A stretch of DNA of 64,000 nucleotides from NCBI GenBank assembly GCA_964604995.1, contig CAZSAD010000003.1:1-64000 (forward strand), written 5' to 3'. Shown here piece by piece: positions 51,524 to 62,211 of the stretch. The DNA is from an uncultured Methanosarcinales archaeon (lineage in GTDB: Archaea > Nanobdellota > Nanobdellia > Woesearchaeales > JABMPP01). Each line of letters opens with the position of its first letter. Positions within the stretch are counted from its first letter, which is position 1. A program made the translations under genes and the position numbers. The notes beneath the pieces were generated by a model that searched no databases, was not told the DNA's origin, and was given only the letters and a program-made list of their open reading frames with translations.

Positions 51524-54062
51524 ATGATACCAGATAAAGAAATAAAGAAAGATTTTAGAATAAAAGCCAGCAAAGAACCAGATAAGTTCTATGCGACAGG
51601 TGTCTTAAAAGAAGAAGGATTTAGTAGAGCTAAATGTGAAAATTGCGGTAAATATTTCTGGAATGTTTCAAAAAGTAATGTTTGTGGCGATCCTGCATGT
51701 TCTGGCGGCTTTAGATTTTTTGATGGATCACCATCCAAAAAAAAATTGACTTATGTTGAGGTGTGGCAAGAATTTTCAAAACATTTCAAAAAATTAGGAT
51801 ACACTCCAATTGATAGATACCCCGTTGTTGCAAGGTGGAGAGATGATACTGATTTTGTACAGGCAAGTATTTATGATTTTCAACCATTTGTAGTTTCAGG
51901 TGAAGTTGAGCCTCCTGCAAACCCACTTGTTGTTCCACAATTTTGCTTAAGATTTAATGATATTGATAATGTCGGAATAACTGGAGCACATTATACTGGC
52001 TTTGTAATGATTGGCCAACATGCTTTTGTTCCACCTAAAGAATATAACCAACCAAAATATTTTAGTGATATTCACAGCTGGCTAAAATCAGGACTTGGAA
52101 TTCCAAATGAAGNNNNNNNNNNAAATTACTTTTCATGAAGATGCATGGGCTGGTGGTGGTAATTTTGGACCATGCATGGAATTTTTCAGTCGTGGTTTAG
52201 AACTTGGAAATCAAGTTTACATGTCTTATGAACAAACAAATTCAAATCCAGGATACAAAGAATTAAATCTAAAAGTTTTAGATATGGGGATGGGCCATGA
52301 AAGAAATGCATGGTTTACTCAAGCAAAAAGCACAAGTTATGAAACAACATTTCCAACTGTCTGTGATTATTTATACAAAAAAACAGGAATTAAACCAAAT
52401 CAAAATTTAATAAAAAAATTCTTACCTTATTCTTCTTATTTAAATGTTGATGAAGTAGATGATATTGATAAAACTTGGGAATTTGTAGCACAAAAAACTG
52501 GCACTGATGTTGAAACATTAAAGCAAGATATTTTACCTTTAGCTGCACTTTATTCTGTTGCCGAACATTCAAGAAGTTTACTATTTGCTCTAAGCGATGG
52601 CGCTTTGCCTAGTAATGTTGGTGGGGGATATAATTTAAGAGTTATCTTAAGAAGAGCACTATCTTTTGTAGACCAATATGGCTGGAAAATTGATCTTTCT
52701 GATTTATGCAAATTGCATGCAAATTATTTAAAACCAATATTTCCAGAAGTAAGTAATAACCTTGATGAAGTTTCACAAATATTAGAAGTTGAAAAACAAA
52801 AATATAATGCAACAAAACAAAAATCAATTCAAATTGTTGCTAACTTAATAAAATCTGATGAAATATCTGAAGAAAAATTATTGCAGCTATACGATAGCCA
52901 AGGCATTTCTCCAGAAATGATTAGAATTGAAGCTTTAAAATCAGGAAAGAAAATAATTGTTGCTGATGATTTTTATAGAAAAGTTGCAGATTTACATGAA
53001 AAAAATAAACAAATAACTGCAACCGATAAAGAAGAGAAATTACCTCTTGAAAATCTAGAGGATACTAAAGCATTATATTTTGACGATTACCATGTTATTG
53101 AATTTCGAGGGATAGTTGTAAAAGTTATTGGTAAAAATGTGATTTTAGATAAAACTGCATTTTATCCAACTTCAGGTGGACAATTAAATGATACTGGAAA
53201 CATCAATGGAAAAGAAGTAGTTGAAGTTTTCAAACAAGGTGGCATAATTGTACATGTCCTAAAAGATGATAAACACGAATTAAAAGAAAATCAAATAGTG
53301 TATGGTGTTGTTGATTTGGATAGAAGAGTGCAATTAACACACCACCATACTGCAACGCATATTGTAAATGCTGCAGCTAGAAAAGTATTAGGAAAACATA
53401 TCAACCAAGCAAGTGCTAGAAAAACATTAGAAAAAGCAACATTAGATATCACACATTTTGAAGCATTGGATGATAATTCTCTTAAAGCAATTGAAAATGA
53501 AGCAAATAGAATTGTAAAAAATAATATTAAAATTGAAAAATCATTCTTACCAAGAAACGAAGCTGAAAAAAAATTTGGTGTAACAATATATCAAGGCGGA
53601 GTAGTTCCTGGAAAATTCTTGCGCATTGTTTACATTGAAGGAGTGGATGTTGAAGCTTGTGGAGGAACTCACTTAAATTATACAAGTGAAACTGGAGTTA
53701 TAAAACTTCAAAAAGCAACTAAAATTCAAGACGGAATTGTTAGACTAACTTTTACAGCAGGACTTGCATCACAAGTAATATCTGGTAAAAATGAAAATTT
53801 CTTAGAGGATAGTGCAAAATTTTTGGGATGTGAACTTTCGCAAGTTCCAGCTAGATGCACTGAACTTTTTGAAAAGTGGAAAAACATTGTAAAAAAAGGA
53901 AAAGATGAAAAATTTGAGTTGATGTCAACAACAGTTACTGAAGGTACAAATGAACAAATAATGGCAAAAACAATGCAAATTCTAAAAACTCAACAAGAGC
54001 ATGTTCCAAAAACAATAAAAAGATTCATTGATGAAATTAAAAATAAACAAAATTCTAAATAA
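51524..54062 (+). CDS. alaS: Alanine--tRNA ligase (archaeal type); single gene split by N gap
   Basis: Removing the 10 Ns joins PNE|EITFHE in frame (842 aa); RYPVVARWRDD, WAGGGN.GP, D.GMG.ER, editing HTATH and ACGGTH. Confidence 0.95.
52113..52122. other. Scaffold gap (10 N)
   Basis: Run of N. Confidence 0.99.
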
Positions 54063-54219
54063 AACCATCTGAATAATTAGAGGATTAGTAACAAAATTAA
54101 TATTTGTAATATTACCATCTTGGACCGAAAGAAATAAATAGTATATAACTAGGTGATACCTTAGATATCCCCCAAATTAAAGAGGGATAATAATAAATAA
54201 AAAATCAAAAAAAGGTAAA

Positions 54220-54867
54220 ATGTTTGATTTCCTAAAATCGTGGATGTATGAAAAAAGGTATGTTAAAGAGGGAAAATTTAGTGTTGAGAATAGAGAAAAA
54301 AAAGGAATAGATTTTTTATTAAAACATGAAGTTTGGCTAAAAAGCCCAGAAGATTTAGAAAAAGTTCTTAATTTTGTAATTGATGATTTAAAAATTCATT
54401 TTCTGCACCTGAAAAATGTATTCGGGGATTATATGGATGGAAAAGGCCATATTATAAGAAATCATGACAAGATGAAAAAAGCACTCGAAGAGTGTTGGAT
54501 CATAAAAAATGATATTATTACAATTATTAATAAAAAAGAACAAAAAAATAAATCAGACGATATCAAAGATTCACTGAAGGGATTTGAAGAATATGAGCAC
54601 ATATTTATGAAATATTTCAAAGAAAGTGTACAAAACCATGAATATTGGACAGGTCATTGTGATAAAATGGAAAAAATGTATAAAAAGGATTATAAAGCAC
54701 GTGGAACTTTAGAAGATATAAACATGTCAAGTATTATTGAAAGTAATAAAAATTTAGCAAAAGAAATAATGAGTTTGACAAATAGTGATAATTATAATAA
54801 AAATAGACTTGAAGAATTAGCAAAAAAGTTTCACGATAATTATGATTCTTTCATAAAAAAATTCTAA
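54220..54867 (+). CDS. Hypothetical protein
   Basis: 215-aa ORF with SD AAGGT and TATAAATA promoter upstream. Confidence 0.6.
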   Translation: MFDFLKSWMYEKRYVKEGKFSVENREKKGIDFLLKHEVWLKSPEDLEKVLNFVIDDLKIHFLHLKNVFGDYMDGKGHIIRNHDKMKKALEECWIIKNDIITIINKKEQKNKSDDIKDSLKGFEEYEHIFMKYFKESVQNHEYWTGHCDKMEKMYKKDYKARGTLEDINMSSIIESNKNLAKEIMSLTNSDNYNKNRLEELAKKFHDNYDSFIKKF

Positions 54868-54921
54868 TGCTAATTTTAATTATTCAATTTAAATTATCTT
54901 AAAATGTTATAAGATTTTATT

Positions 54922-56136
54922 TTAAAATTTGAATCCGTAATCTCTTAATTTTGTCTGTGAATTGATTTTTCTAACAAGTTTACTGTCTTTTAACATTGGT
55001 ACAATGTCACAGCCAAACTTTCTTTTTGTGAGATTTATTGCATACAAAATCATTAATTCTTTGCTTGAAAATTCTACTGGTTTTTCTTGCATTGCTTTTC
55101 TTGTTGCTTCCCTAACAACCCAAACACCAAGAGGAACTGCATATTCCTTTGTTATAAATCTTAAACAAAGTATGCTTGCTTGTTTTCTAATTTTTAGTAA
55201 TTTTTCAAGAATAGGAAGTCTTGCTGCATAGTAACCACCAGTTGTTGCAAATGCATAATCTTTTCTCCCATTATAAAATTCATAGTCAGTAGCATAGTTA
55301 AGTTTTTCTCCTGGATTTGGGATACTTGCTTCAAATAACTCATAGCTCCAAACATCTGGAAAAGTTAAAATCAAATAATAATTACCAAGATATCCTCCAA
55401 AGTACACAAAATAACCAAGTTGTTCATAATTTTTTATGGTTGTTTCAATTTTTTTACCAAGGGCATCGTCAGTAGCTGTTATGCTCCATCTTGTAGGTAC
55501 TAACTTCCTATCCGCTTTTGCACCTAAATTTCCAATAGATAATAATCTTGATATAAAATTTTCATCGTATCCGTGTTTGTATAAATAATCAATTGCTAAA
55601 TTGGCTTTAAAATCTTTGTCTGATACAACATAATCAACTTTTTTGTCTATTTTGGGATTGCTTGCAAGTGTGACTTTTTTTAATCCTGCTTTTGGTCCTG
55701 AAGGCGCAGAATATCCATGAAATGACATTTTGAAATCTGGTTTTTTATCTAAATTTATATCAACTTCAACTGGTTTAGAAGACATTGCAACTTCCCTACT
55801 GATATCAAGCCATTTATTTTTTCCTTTAATATCAATTGAAAATCTTGAGTTTACAAGTTCTGATCTGACATTAATCATTTGAGGAATTGAAAAATTATGT
55901 TTTCCCCAATATCTAGGATCATCAAGCATCCATGCTTGTTCATCGATAATTGGCGGAGCCATAATTCCAACATTTAAATGAGGATAGCCAACTCTTCCAA
56001 CAAAAACTGTAGGAGCTGAGCCAATGTAATCTTGTTTTGTAAGTTGACTCTTAATTTTAGTCATTGCCCTATTGTGCTCACAAATAGGGCAAAATCCCAA
56101 GGCTTCGTACTGTTTGTGCTTGCATGCTAGTGACAT
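54922..56136 (-). CDS. Nre family DNA repair protein (PCNA-interacting)
   Basis: FVGRVGYP, LVPTRWSITATD, GGYYAARL, Y.VPLGVWVVRE; C-terminal PIP-like QTKLRDY. Confidence 0.9.
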   Translation of the reverse strand: MSLACKHKQYEALGFCPICEHNRAMTKIKSQLTKQDYIGSAPTVFVGRVGYPHLNVGIMAPPIIDEQAWMLDDPRYWGKHNFSIPQMINVRSELVNSRFSIDIKGKNKWLDISREVAMSSKPVEVDINLDKKPDFKMSFHGYSAPSGPKAGLKKVTLASNPKIDKKVDYVVSDKDFKANLAIDYLYKHGYDENFISRLLSIGNLGAKADRKLVPTRWSITATDDALGKKIETTIKNYEQLGYFVYFGGYLGNYYLILTFPDVWSYELFEASIPNPGEKLNYATDYEFYNGRKDYAFATTGGYYAARLPILEKLLKIRKQASILCLRFITKEYAVPLGVWVVREATRKAMQEKPVEFSSKELMILYAINLTKRKFGCDIVPMLKDSKLVRKINSQTKLRDYGFKF

Positions 56137-56209
56137 AATTAATAGCTAAAATCACACTAAAATAAAAATGTTTATATACCTTAGTTTGAAACTTGCGCAT
56201 TGTGAGACT

Positions 56210-56719
56210 ATGCATATTGAAACAGAATATTTAGTAATAAAAGAATCCAATATTCACAATATTGGTGCTTTTGCTAAAGTGGACATCCCTAAAGGCACAA
56301 AAATAATTAATTATGTTGGAGAAAAAATTTCTAAAGAAGAAAGTAAAAGAAGAGAAGAACTATCTAAAGAACTTGCAAAAAAACATCCAGGTAAAGGTGC
56401 CATTTATACTTTTGAACTAGATGAAAATTATGATATTGATGGAGATGTACCTTACAATCATGCCAAATATGTAAATCATTCATGTGTACCAAATATTGAA
56501 GCAGATATCACCGATGGACAAATATATTATTTGGCATCAAAAGATATTAAACAAGGAGAAGAAGTAACAATTAACTATGGATTCGATGTTGAAGAATATC
56601 ATGAGCATCCATGTAAATGTGGCTCAGAATTTTGTGTTGGATATATAGTTGCAGAAGAGCAATGGCAAAAACTCAAAGAAATTCTAGAAAAAAATTTGAA
56701 TAGTGATTACAAAAAATAA
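56210..56719 (+). CDS. SET-domain protein-lysine methyltransferase with post-SET (copy 1)
   Basis: S.IH..GAFA, NHSC.PN, GEEVTINYG, CKCGSEFCVG. Confidence 0.9.
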   Translation: MHIETEYLVIKESNIHNIGAFAKVDIPKGTKIINYVGEKISKEESKRREELSKELAKKHPGKGAIYTFELDENYDIDGDVPYNHAKYVNHSCVPNIEADITDGQIYYLASKDIKQGEEVTINYGFDVEEYHEHPCKCGSEFCVGYIVAEEQWQKLKEILEKNLNSDYKK

Positions 56720-56728
56720 AGTGAAAAA

Positions 56729-57214
56729 ATGTATAAAGAAACAAAATGGCTTATATTTAAAGATTCCACTATCCATAATACAGGGGGATTTGCAAAAGTA
56801 GATATATCAAAAGATACTAAGATTATTGAATATGTTGGAGAAAAAATTTCTAAAGAAGAAAGTGATAGAAGATCACAAAAAGCTGCCAAATTAGCTAAAG
56901 AAGATAAAAACAAAGGTGCAGTTTATATTTTTGAGTTGGATAATGAATTTGACCTTGATGGAGATGTACCTGAAAATTATGCAAAATATATGAATCATTC
57001 ATGCAATCCAAATGCAAAATATGAATATGTTGATGGAAAGATATGGATTGTTGCAACTAAAGACATAAATCAAGGCGAAGAAATAACTTATAATTATGGA
57101 TTTGATATGGAAGAATGGATTGATCATCCATGTAAATGTGGCTCAGATAACTGTGTAGGTTATATTCTAGATGTTGAGCACTGGCCAAAATTAAAAGAGA
57201 TTATTAACAAATAA
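56729..57214 (+). CDS. SET-domain protein-lysine methyltransferase with post-SET (copy 2)
   Basis: S.IH..GGFA, NHSCNPN, GEEITYNYG, CKCGSDNCVG. Confidence 0.9.
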   Translation: MYKETKWLIFKDSTIHNTGGFAKVDISKDTKIIEYVGEKISKEESDRRSQKAAKLAKEDKNKGAVYIFELDNEFDLDGDVPENYAKYMNHSCNPNAKYEYVDGKIWIVATKDINQGEEITYNYGFDMEEWIDHPCKCGSDNCVGYILDVEHWPKLKEIINK

Positions 57215-57260
57215 TTTAACAAATAGGTTTATAAACTGTAAAGTAATAACAAGTATTAAG

Positions 57261-57833
57261 ATGAAAAATTTATCAAATTTATCTACACCATTAAATGAAT
57301 TGACAGATGAAATAAATCTTGAATTTAGTAATCTTGGAGTTATCAAGGATATTAAATCAGAAGATATTCTAAATGCAAATTTACCTAAAGATTTTTTTAG
57401 TGGAGTTAGTATAAAATATAAAAGTGAAAAAGATGACCTAAAAGCTACAATTTTTCTAGAAAGTGAATATAAAAATTCGGTTTATGGATTTGAAGGATAT
57501 GAACAAGAAGTATTAGAAGGGAAAAAAGAACCACAGGGTAGATTAGTGATTGCAAGTGATGAAAATGCAAATGCTGTTGATAATTTATGGAGAGAAATTA
57601 CAACCATAATAGCGCCTACATTTTTTGATAAAAATAGTGGCATTTCTAGTGGTGAAATTGGAAGCAATAAAAAAATGGTTAGTGCACCAATTGTTAGAGA
57701 TATAAATACAAGTAATCTTGTAGAAATTTTAAAAGGAATTGAAATAATATATAATGATAAAATGGAAATAACTGCTTATATTAATAATAAATATAATCCA
57801 ACTATTAAATTAATGAATCAAATAAAATATTAA
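57261..57833 (+). CDS. Hypothetical protein
   Basis: 190-aa ORF, TTTATAAA box upstream. Confidence 0.6.
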   Translation: MKNLSNLSTPLNELTDEINLEFSNLGVIKDIKSEDILNANLPKDFFSGVSIKYKSEKDDLKATIFLESEYKNSVYGFEGYEQEVLEGKKEPQGRLVIASDENANAVDNLWREITTIIAPTFFDKNSGISSGEIGSNKKMVSAPIVRDINTSNLVEILKGIEIIYNDKMEITAYINNKYNPTIKLMNQIKY

Positions 57834-57954
57834 AATTGAATTCTTTATTAGTATTTATTTATGATTATAAACTAGTATTTAATAGATTGATAAGGATAAG
57901 AGCACATAAAAGGTTTTATAAACATTTATAAAAGCCTAATTTCTCTTAAGTTAT

Positions 57955-59031
57955 ATGCCAAATAAACAAGATAACAAAAATAGTAAATCATCAATTAACT
58001 CTAAAAAAGCTAAATCTACTAATGAATCTAATTTATCAGAAAAAGAAAAACTTATTCGAAAATATGTTGTAAGAGAATCTGAACAAATAAATGGACTTAC
58101 TGAGATTCATGGATATGATTTTAACAAAGGATTGGACTATGAAAAAATTGTTGATTCTTTTTCTACAACTGGCTACCAAGCAACCAATTTAGGCAATGCA
58201 ATAAATATAGTTAATCAAATGCTAAATGATAAAGAAAAAGTTACTATTTATTTAGGTTATACTTCGAACATGGTTTCATCCGGTTTAAGAGATGTTTTTC
58301 GTTACCTTGTTGAACACAAGATGGTTGATGTAATAGTTACAACAACTGGTGGCATAGAAGAAGATATTATAAAATGCATTGCTCCATTTTATCAAGGAGA
58401 ATTTAGAGCAAGTGGAGCTAAGCTACGTGAAAAAGGAGTGAATAGAATAGGCAATATTTTTGTGCCAAATAGTCATTATTGCAGATTTGAAGATTTTATA
58501 ATGCCATTACTTGAAAAGTTAAATAACAATCAAGAAAAAACAGGCCATATCATAACACCAAGTGAGTTAATTTGGGAGCTTGGAAAAGAAATAAACAATA
58601 AAGATTCAATTTATTATTGGGCTCAAAAAAATAATATTCCAGTTTTCTGTCCTGCGATAACTGATGGAAGTATTGGAGATATGATTTATTTTTTCAGCTA
58701 TAAACATCCAGAATTTAGGATTGATGTGACACAAGACATGAAAAAACTAAATGATATAACATTCGAAGCTAAAAAAACTGGAATGATAATTCTTGGTGCA
58801 GGAATTGTAAAACACCATATCTGTAATACAAACATGATGCGAAATGGTGCAGATTATGCAGTTTATATCAACAATGCGCAAGAATTCGATGGTTCAGATG
58901 CAGGTGCAAGACCAGATGAAGCAGTTTCTTGGGGAAAAATATTACCTGATGCGAAAATGGTAAAAGTTTTTGGCGATGCGACAATTCTATTCCCACTTGT
59001 TGTTGCAAAGACATTTGCAAAGAAAAAATAA
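57955..59031 (+). CDS. dys: Deoxyhypusine synthase
   Basis: [60 protein letters not shown]. Confidence 0.96.
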   Translation: MPNKQDNKNSKSSINSKKAKSTNESNLSEKEKLIRKYVVRESEQINGLTEIHGYDFNKGLDYEKIVDSFSTTGYQATNLGNAINIVNQMLNDKEKVTIYLGYTSNMVSSGLRDVFRYLVEHKMVDVIVTTTGGIEEDIIKCIAPFYQGEFRASGAKLREKGVNRIGNIFVPNSHYCRFEDFIMPLLEKLNNNQEKTGHIITPSELIWELGKEINNKDSIYYWAQKNNIPVFCPAITDGSIGDMIYFFSYKHPEFRIDVTQDMKKLNDITFEAKKTGMIILGAGIVKHHICNTNMMRNGADYAVYINNAQEFDGSDAGARPDEAVSWGKILPDAKMVKVFGDATILFPLVVAKTFAKKK

Positions 59032-59131
59032 AAAGAAGTTCGTACGACCAAGCAAAGCGAGTGTCGTACTTAACTGGCGTTTCAATCGAGCCTCCAATTG
59101 TTGCAAAGACATTTACTAAAAAGAAATAAAA
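59000..59131 (+). repeat. Direct duplication of the dhs 3' end flanking a short hairpin element
   Basis: TTGTTGCAAAGACATTT exact at 59000-59016 and 59098-59114. Confidence 0.75.
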
Positions 59132-59176
59132 AACTAATTTTAAGAATACCTATTTTTTAATTTAATTATTTGTTGC

Positions 59177-59854
59177 TTAATTTATTTTTTGATTTAAACT
59201 TTGTTTTTCCATAAATGGAAAATACTGTCTAAAATTATTTGTATAAAGCCCATTGCCTTTAAAAAAATCCACCATTCCTTCAAACAAGATATTGTGCTCT
59301 TCTAAATCATAATCTTTTTTGTTAAAATAATTAAAAGGATCAGCAACAAGCTGTCTTGCTGATGCAATATTAAAACCTTCCTCAATAGCACCAAGAGCAG
59401 TCTCTTCTACACATGCACTTCCATATATTCAAGTTAAAAGAACAGTGTTTACTTTCCATTCCTCTTTTAATATTTCTGACAACTTTTTATTGGTAAACCC
59501 ATCCATTACTTTTTTACCTAACGGAATATTTCTTGGAACTTGTTTAATTATATTTTTTAAAATTCCCGTTATTTTTCCTTCATTTTTTTGATTTAAATTT
59601 ACAACAGGAATATTGTATTCTTCACATTTTTGAAGCAGAATTGCATGATGATAAAGTAAAGCATCACGCTGTGTATTTTCAATACTTTTTAGATACCCTT
59701 TTTGCATATCTACAACAATTACACCAAATACAGCGTTTTCCAAAATTTTTTTATTTTCTTTAATGTGAAAATTATTTTCATTCCAGTTATCTACTGGGTT
59801 AATAGAAAATCCATTTCCCAAATAAACTCCTTGATAATAATTTTGGTTTTGCAT
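59177..59854 (-). pseudogene. Isochorismatase/cysteine hydrolase family gene with in-frame TGA at 59429-59431
   Basis: VVDMQ..., K...DGF, then VLLT*IYGSACVEETA.GA...GF continuing in frame to TAA at 59177. Confidence 0.75.
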
Positions 59855-59918
59855 TTTTATTTTCAAGTGATTTATTATTTAAATAGTTATCTATTTTTAC
59901 CACTTATAAGTTACTAAA

Positions 59919-60965
59919 ATGACAAAGATTTATAAACCCCCCCATTCACCTAGATTTATGGGTATAAAAGCTAAAATACCATTTATGGATACAAAGTATT
60001 TCGCAAAGTCAGTTGGAAAAACTGAACTTGAGAAATTGGAGATTTTAGTAAACAGAGCTGTTGAAAATATTGATAAGAGCCCAAATTCTGATACATTAAA
60101 ATATTGGATGAAACCAATACTTAAAAAATATTTAACACCTGAATTTATTGAGTATAGATATGAATTGAATAAAGAAATTGAAAGTATTAACGAAAGCAAT
60201 TATTCCAATATTAGATATAATCTTGAACTTAGCCATGATGAATTTTTAATTAAGATGAAGCAATTAACTGAAAAATGGCAGAATAACAATTTTGAAGTAG
60301 TTGAACCTTACTTAAAAGATTTGAAAGCAATTAGTAATTACATCAAATCCATTTCAATATTTGATGCTGCAAGGGTTAAAGAAAAAGATTCTAAGAAAAA
60401 TAATAGTAATAATAAATTGGAAAATAATAATCATGCTTATCTTGACAATATTGTTTTTCCAGAAAATAGCCAAACACCTCTTGAAGTGTTAAAAATAAGA
60501 CTCGATGATCTTGAAAGTTCTTTAGTAGAATACGATATGGGAGATAATTTACCACCTAATTATATTGAAAATAAAATAGAAAAAGTATTAGCAGGATATA
60601 TTCATGAAATTTTTAGATCATATACTCAAGATATTATTAAGGATGCTGAAATATTTTACAAAAAAAATAAAACTAGATTAGATGTCATTGAACCTGAAAA
60701 ATTAACTGATTCAGAAAAAACTGCCCAGAAAGCTATTAATTTGATAAATAAGTATAATACATTTAATGCTAGGATAGATCAAATAAAATATTACTACAAA
60801 GATGGAGAATACCGAGTAATGAATAGACAAAAATATGAAAATTTAAAAAAAGATACCTCGAAAATAATTGATGATTTAAAAGATGTAATAAAATTGCACG
60901 ATGAAATAGCTTTGCCGTTAATTGATTTAAAAAATAATTTGGCAAAATATGTAACTAAAGCTTAA
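59919..60965 (+). CDS. Hypothetical alpha-helical protein
   Basis: 348-aa ORF, no recognised motif. Confidence 0.6.
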   Translation: MTKIYKPPHSPRFMGIKAKIPFMDTKYFAKSVGKTELEKLEILVNRAVENIDKSPNSDTLKYWMKPILKKYLTPEFIEYRYELNKEIESINESNYSNIRYNLELSHDEFLIKMKQLTEKWQNNNFEVVEPYLKDLKAISNYIKSISIFDAARVKEKDSKKNNSNNKLENNNHAYLDNIVFPENSQTPLEVLKIRLDDLESSLVEYDMGDNLPPNYIENKIEKVLAGYIHEIFRSYTQDIIKDAEIFYKKNKTRLDVIEPEKLTDSEKTAQKAINLINKYNTFNARIDQIKYYYKDGEYRVMNRQKYENLKKDTSKIIDDLKDVIKLHDEIALPLIDLKNNLAKYVTKA

Positions 60966-61249
60966 GAATTAAAATTAAAAAAAATAAAACGCATTTCTTA
61001 ATTTATTATTTTAGTCAAATAATTAAATAATAAATTAACAATAAAGATAATAATAGTACATATTTAGTATGTAATAATAAGTATTTTTATTAAAATATTA
61101 CTTATAATTATAAAATAGATTATTAAAATAAACAATAAAATAAATATAAAGGTAAACATTGACGAGAAAATTTAGTAAAACTAACGCCAATAAAAAACAT
61201 AGCTTTATATATAAAAAGATAATAAAACATGAATTAAGTATATTAGGGG

Positions 61250-61657
61250 GTGTATAAAGTGGTTATTTTAGTAGATAGATATAACCTTCCAGAGGATATT
61301 TTCGAAGTAGTCTTCGCAACACCACAACAAAAAATTGTTGGCAAAGTCTTGATTGGTTACATCAAAAAAAAAGGTAGTGAAGTTTCTAAAAGTGAAATGT
61401 CAGAATTTGCAACTGAACTTCATGAAGGTAAATTAGTAACTGAAATTGAAGATCCAAAATTTGCTGGCAAAAAAGTTAGACTTTCATACAATAAAAGACA
61501 ATTCTATGATAGGATTTTAACACCAATGAGAGGTATGGGCTTAATTGATTATGACCTTTATAGGAAGAAATACAAAATCTCAACTGACTTTAAGATATTA
61601 ATGGATAATATTGGTGAAATGTGGATTAATGAAGTCAAAAAACCAATAAAAAAATAA
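61250..61657 (+). CDS. Hypothetical protein, possibly winged-helix
   Basis: FYDRILTPMRGMGLIDYD..RKKYKIS helix plus beta-wing-like end; SD GGGGGTG. Confidence 0.6.
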   Translation: MYKVVILVDRYNLPEDIFEVVFATPQQKIVGKVLIGYIKKKGSEVSKSEMSEFATELHEGKLVTEIEDPKFAGKKVRLSYNKRQFYDRILTPMRGMGLIDYDLYRKKYKISTDFKILMDNIGEMWINEVKKPIKK

Positions 61658-61762
61658 ATTTATTTTTTATTTTAAGAATTTACTATTACCCCATTCATTG
61701 AAAAAGAGTTCTAGATTTATTAAAGCCAATCTTTTTAAAACAATTTTAAAAACTAAAAGACA

Positions 61763-62152
61763 ATGGAAAACATCCAAGATTATAGAGTAATAACCTATAA
61801 AATAAAGGAAGGAATTGATGATATCATTTCAAGCATTGAGCACCATGATATTGGTTTAATTAGTATTGCCTATAAACTTGTAAAAATTGCAGATTTGTAC
61901 CATTCTAAAGAAAGTTTACAATTTATAAAGAGTATAGGTAGTTTGTCTTCGAAAAAAAACACTGAATTTGAAAATAATGAATATGATTTAATTTGTGAAA
62001 ATCTCTTAAAGTATCTTGGTATTTTTGAAAATAATATAAAAATTCAAAGCATGACCATTTTAGATATGCAAGAAAAGATAGAAAAAATAAGTAATGATTT
62101 AAGTGACGTAATCAATGCTGTTGACAAAATCAATAAAATAAAAACTAATTAG
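61763..62152 (+). CDS. Hypothetical protein
   Basis: 129-aa ORF. Confidence 0.5.
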   Translation: MENIQDYRVITYKIKEGIDDIISSIEHHDIGLISIAYKLVKIADLYHSKESLQFIKSIGSLSSKKNTEFENNEYDLICENLLKYLGIFENNIKIQSMTILDMQEKIEKISNDLSDVINAVDKINKIKTN

Positions 62153-62211
62153 TTTTAAATTAATTTTAAACATAGAAAATACTTAATTTTCAAAAATTAG
62201 ATTGCAAAAAA

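Noticed and set aside
51524..54062. Naturally split AlaRS, as in Nanoarchaeum
   Set aside because: The break coincides with a 10-N gap; removing it restores a single frame
59429..59431. Genome-wide TGA-to-Gly recoding
   Set aside because: TGA serves as stop in ATGA overlaps (26287-26290, 49040-49043), and long genes have no internal TGA
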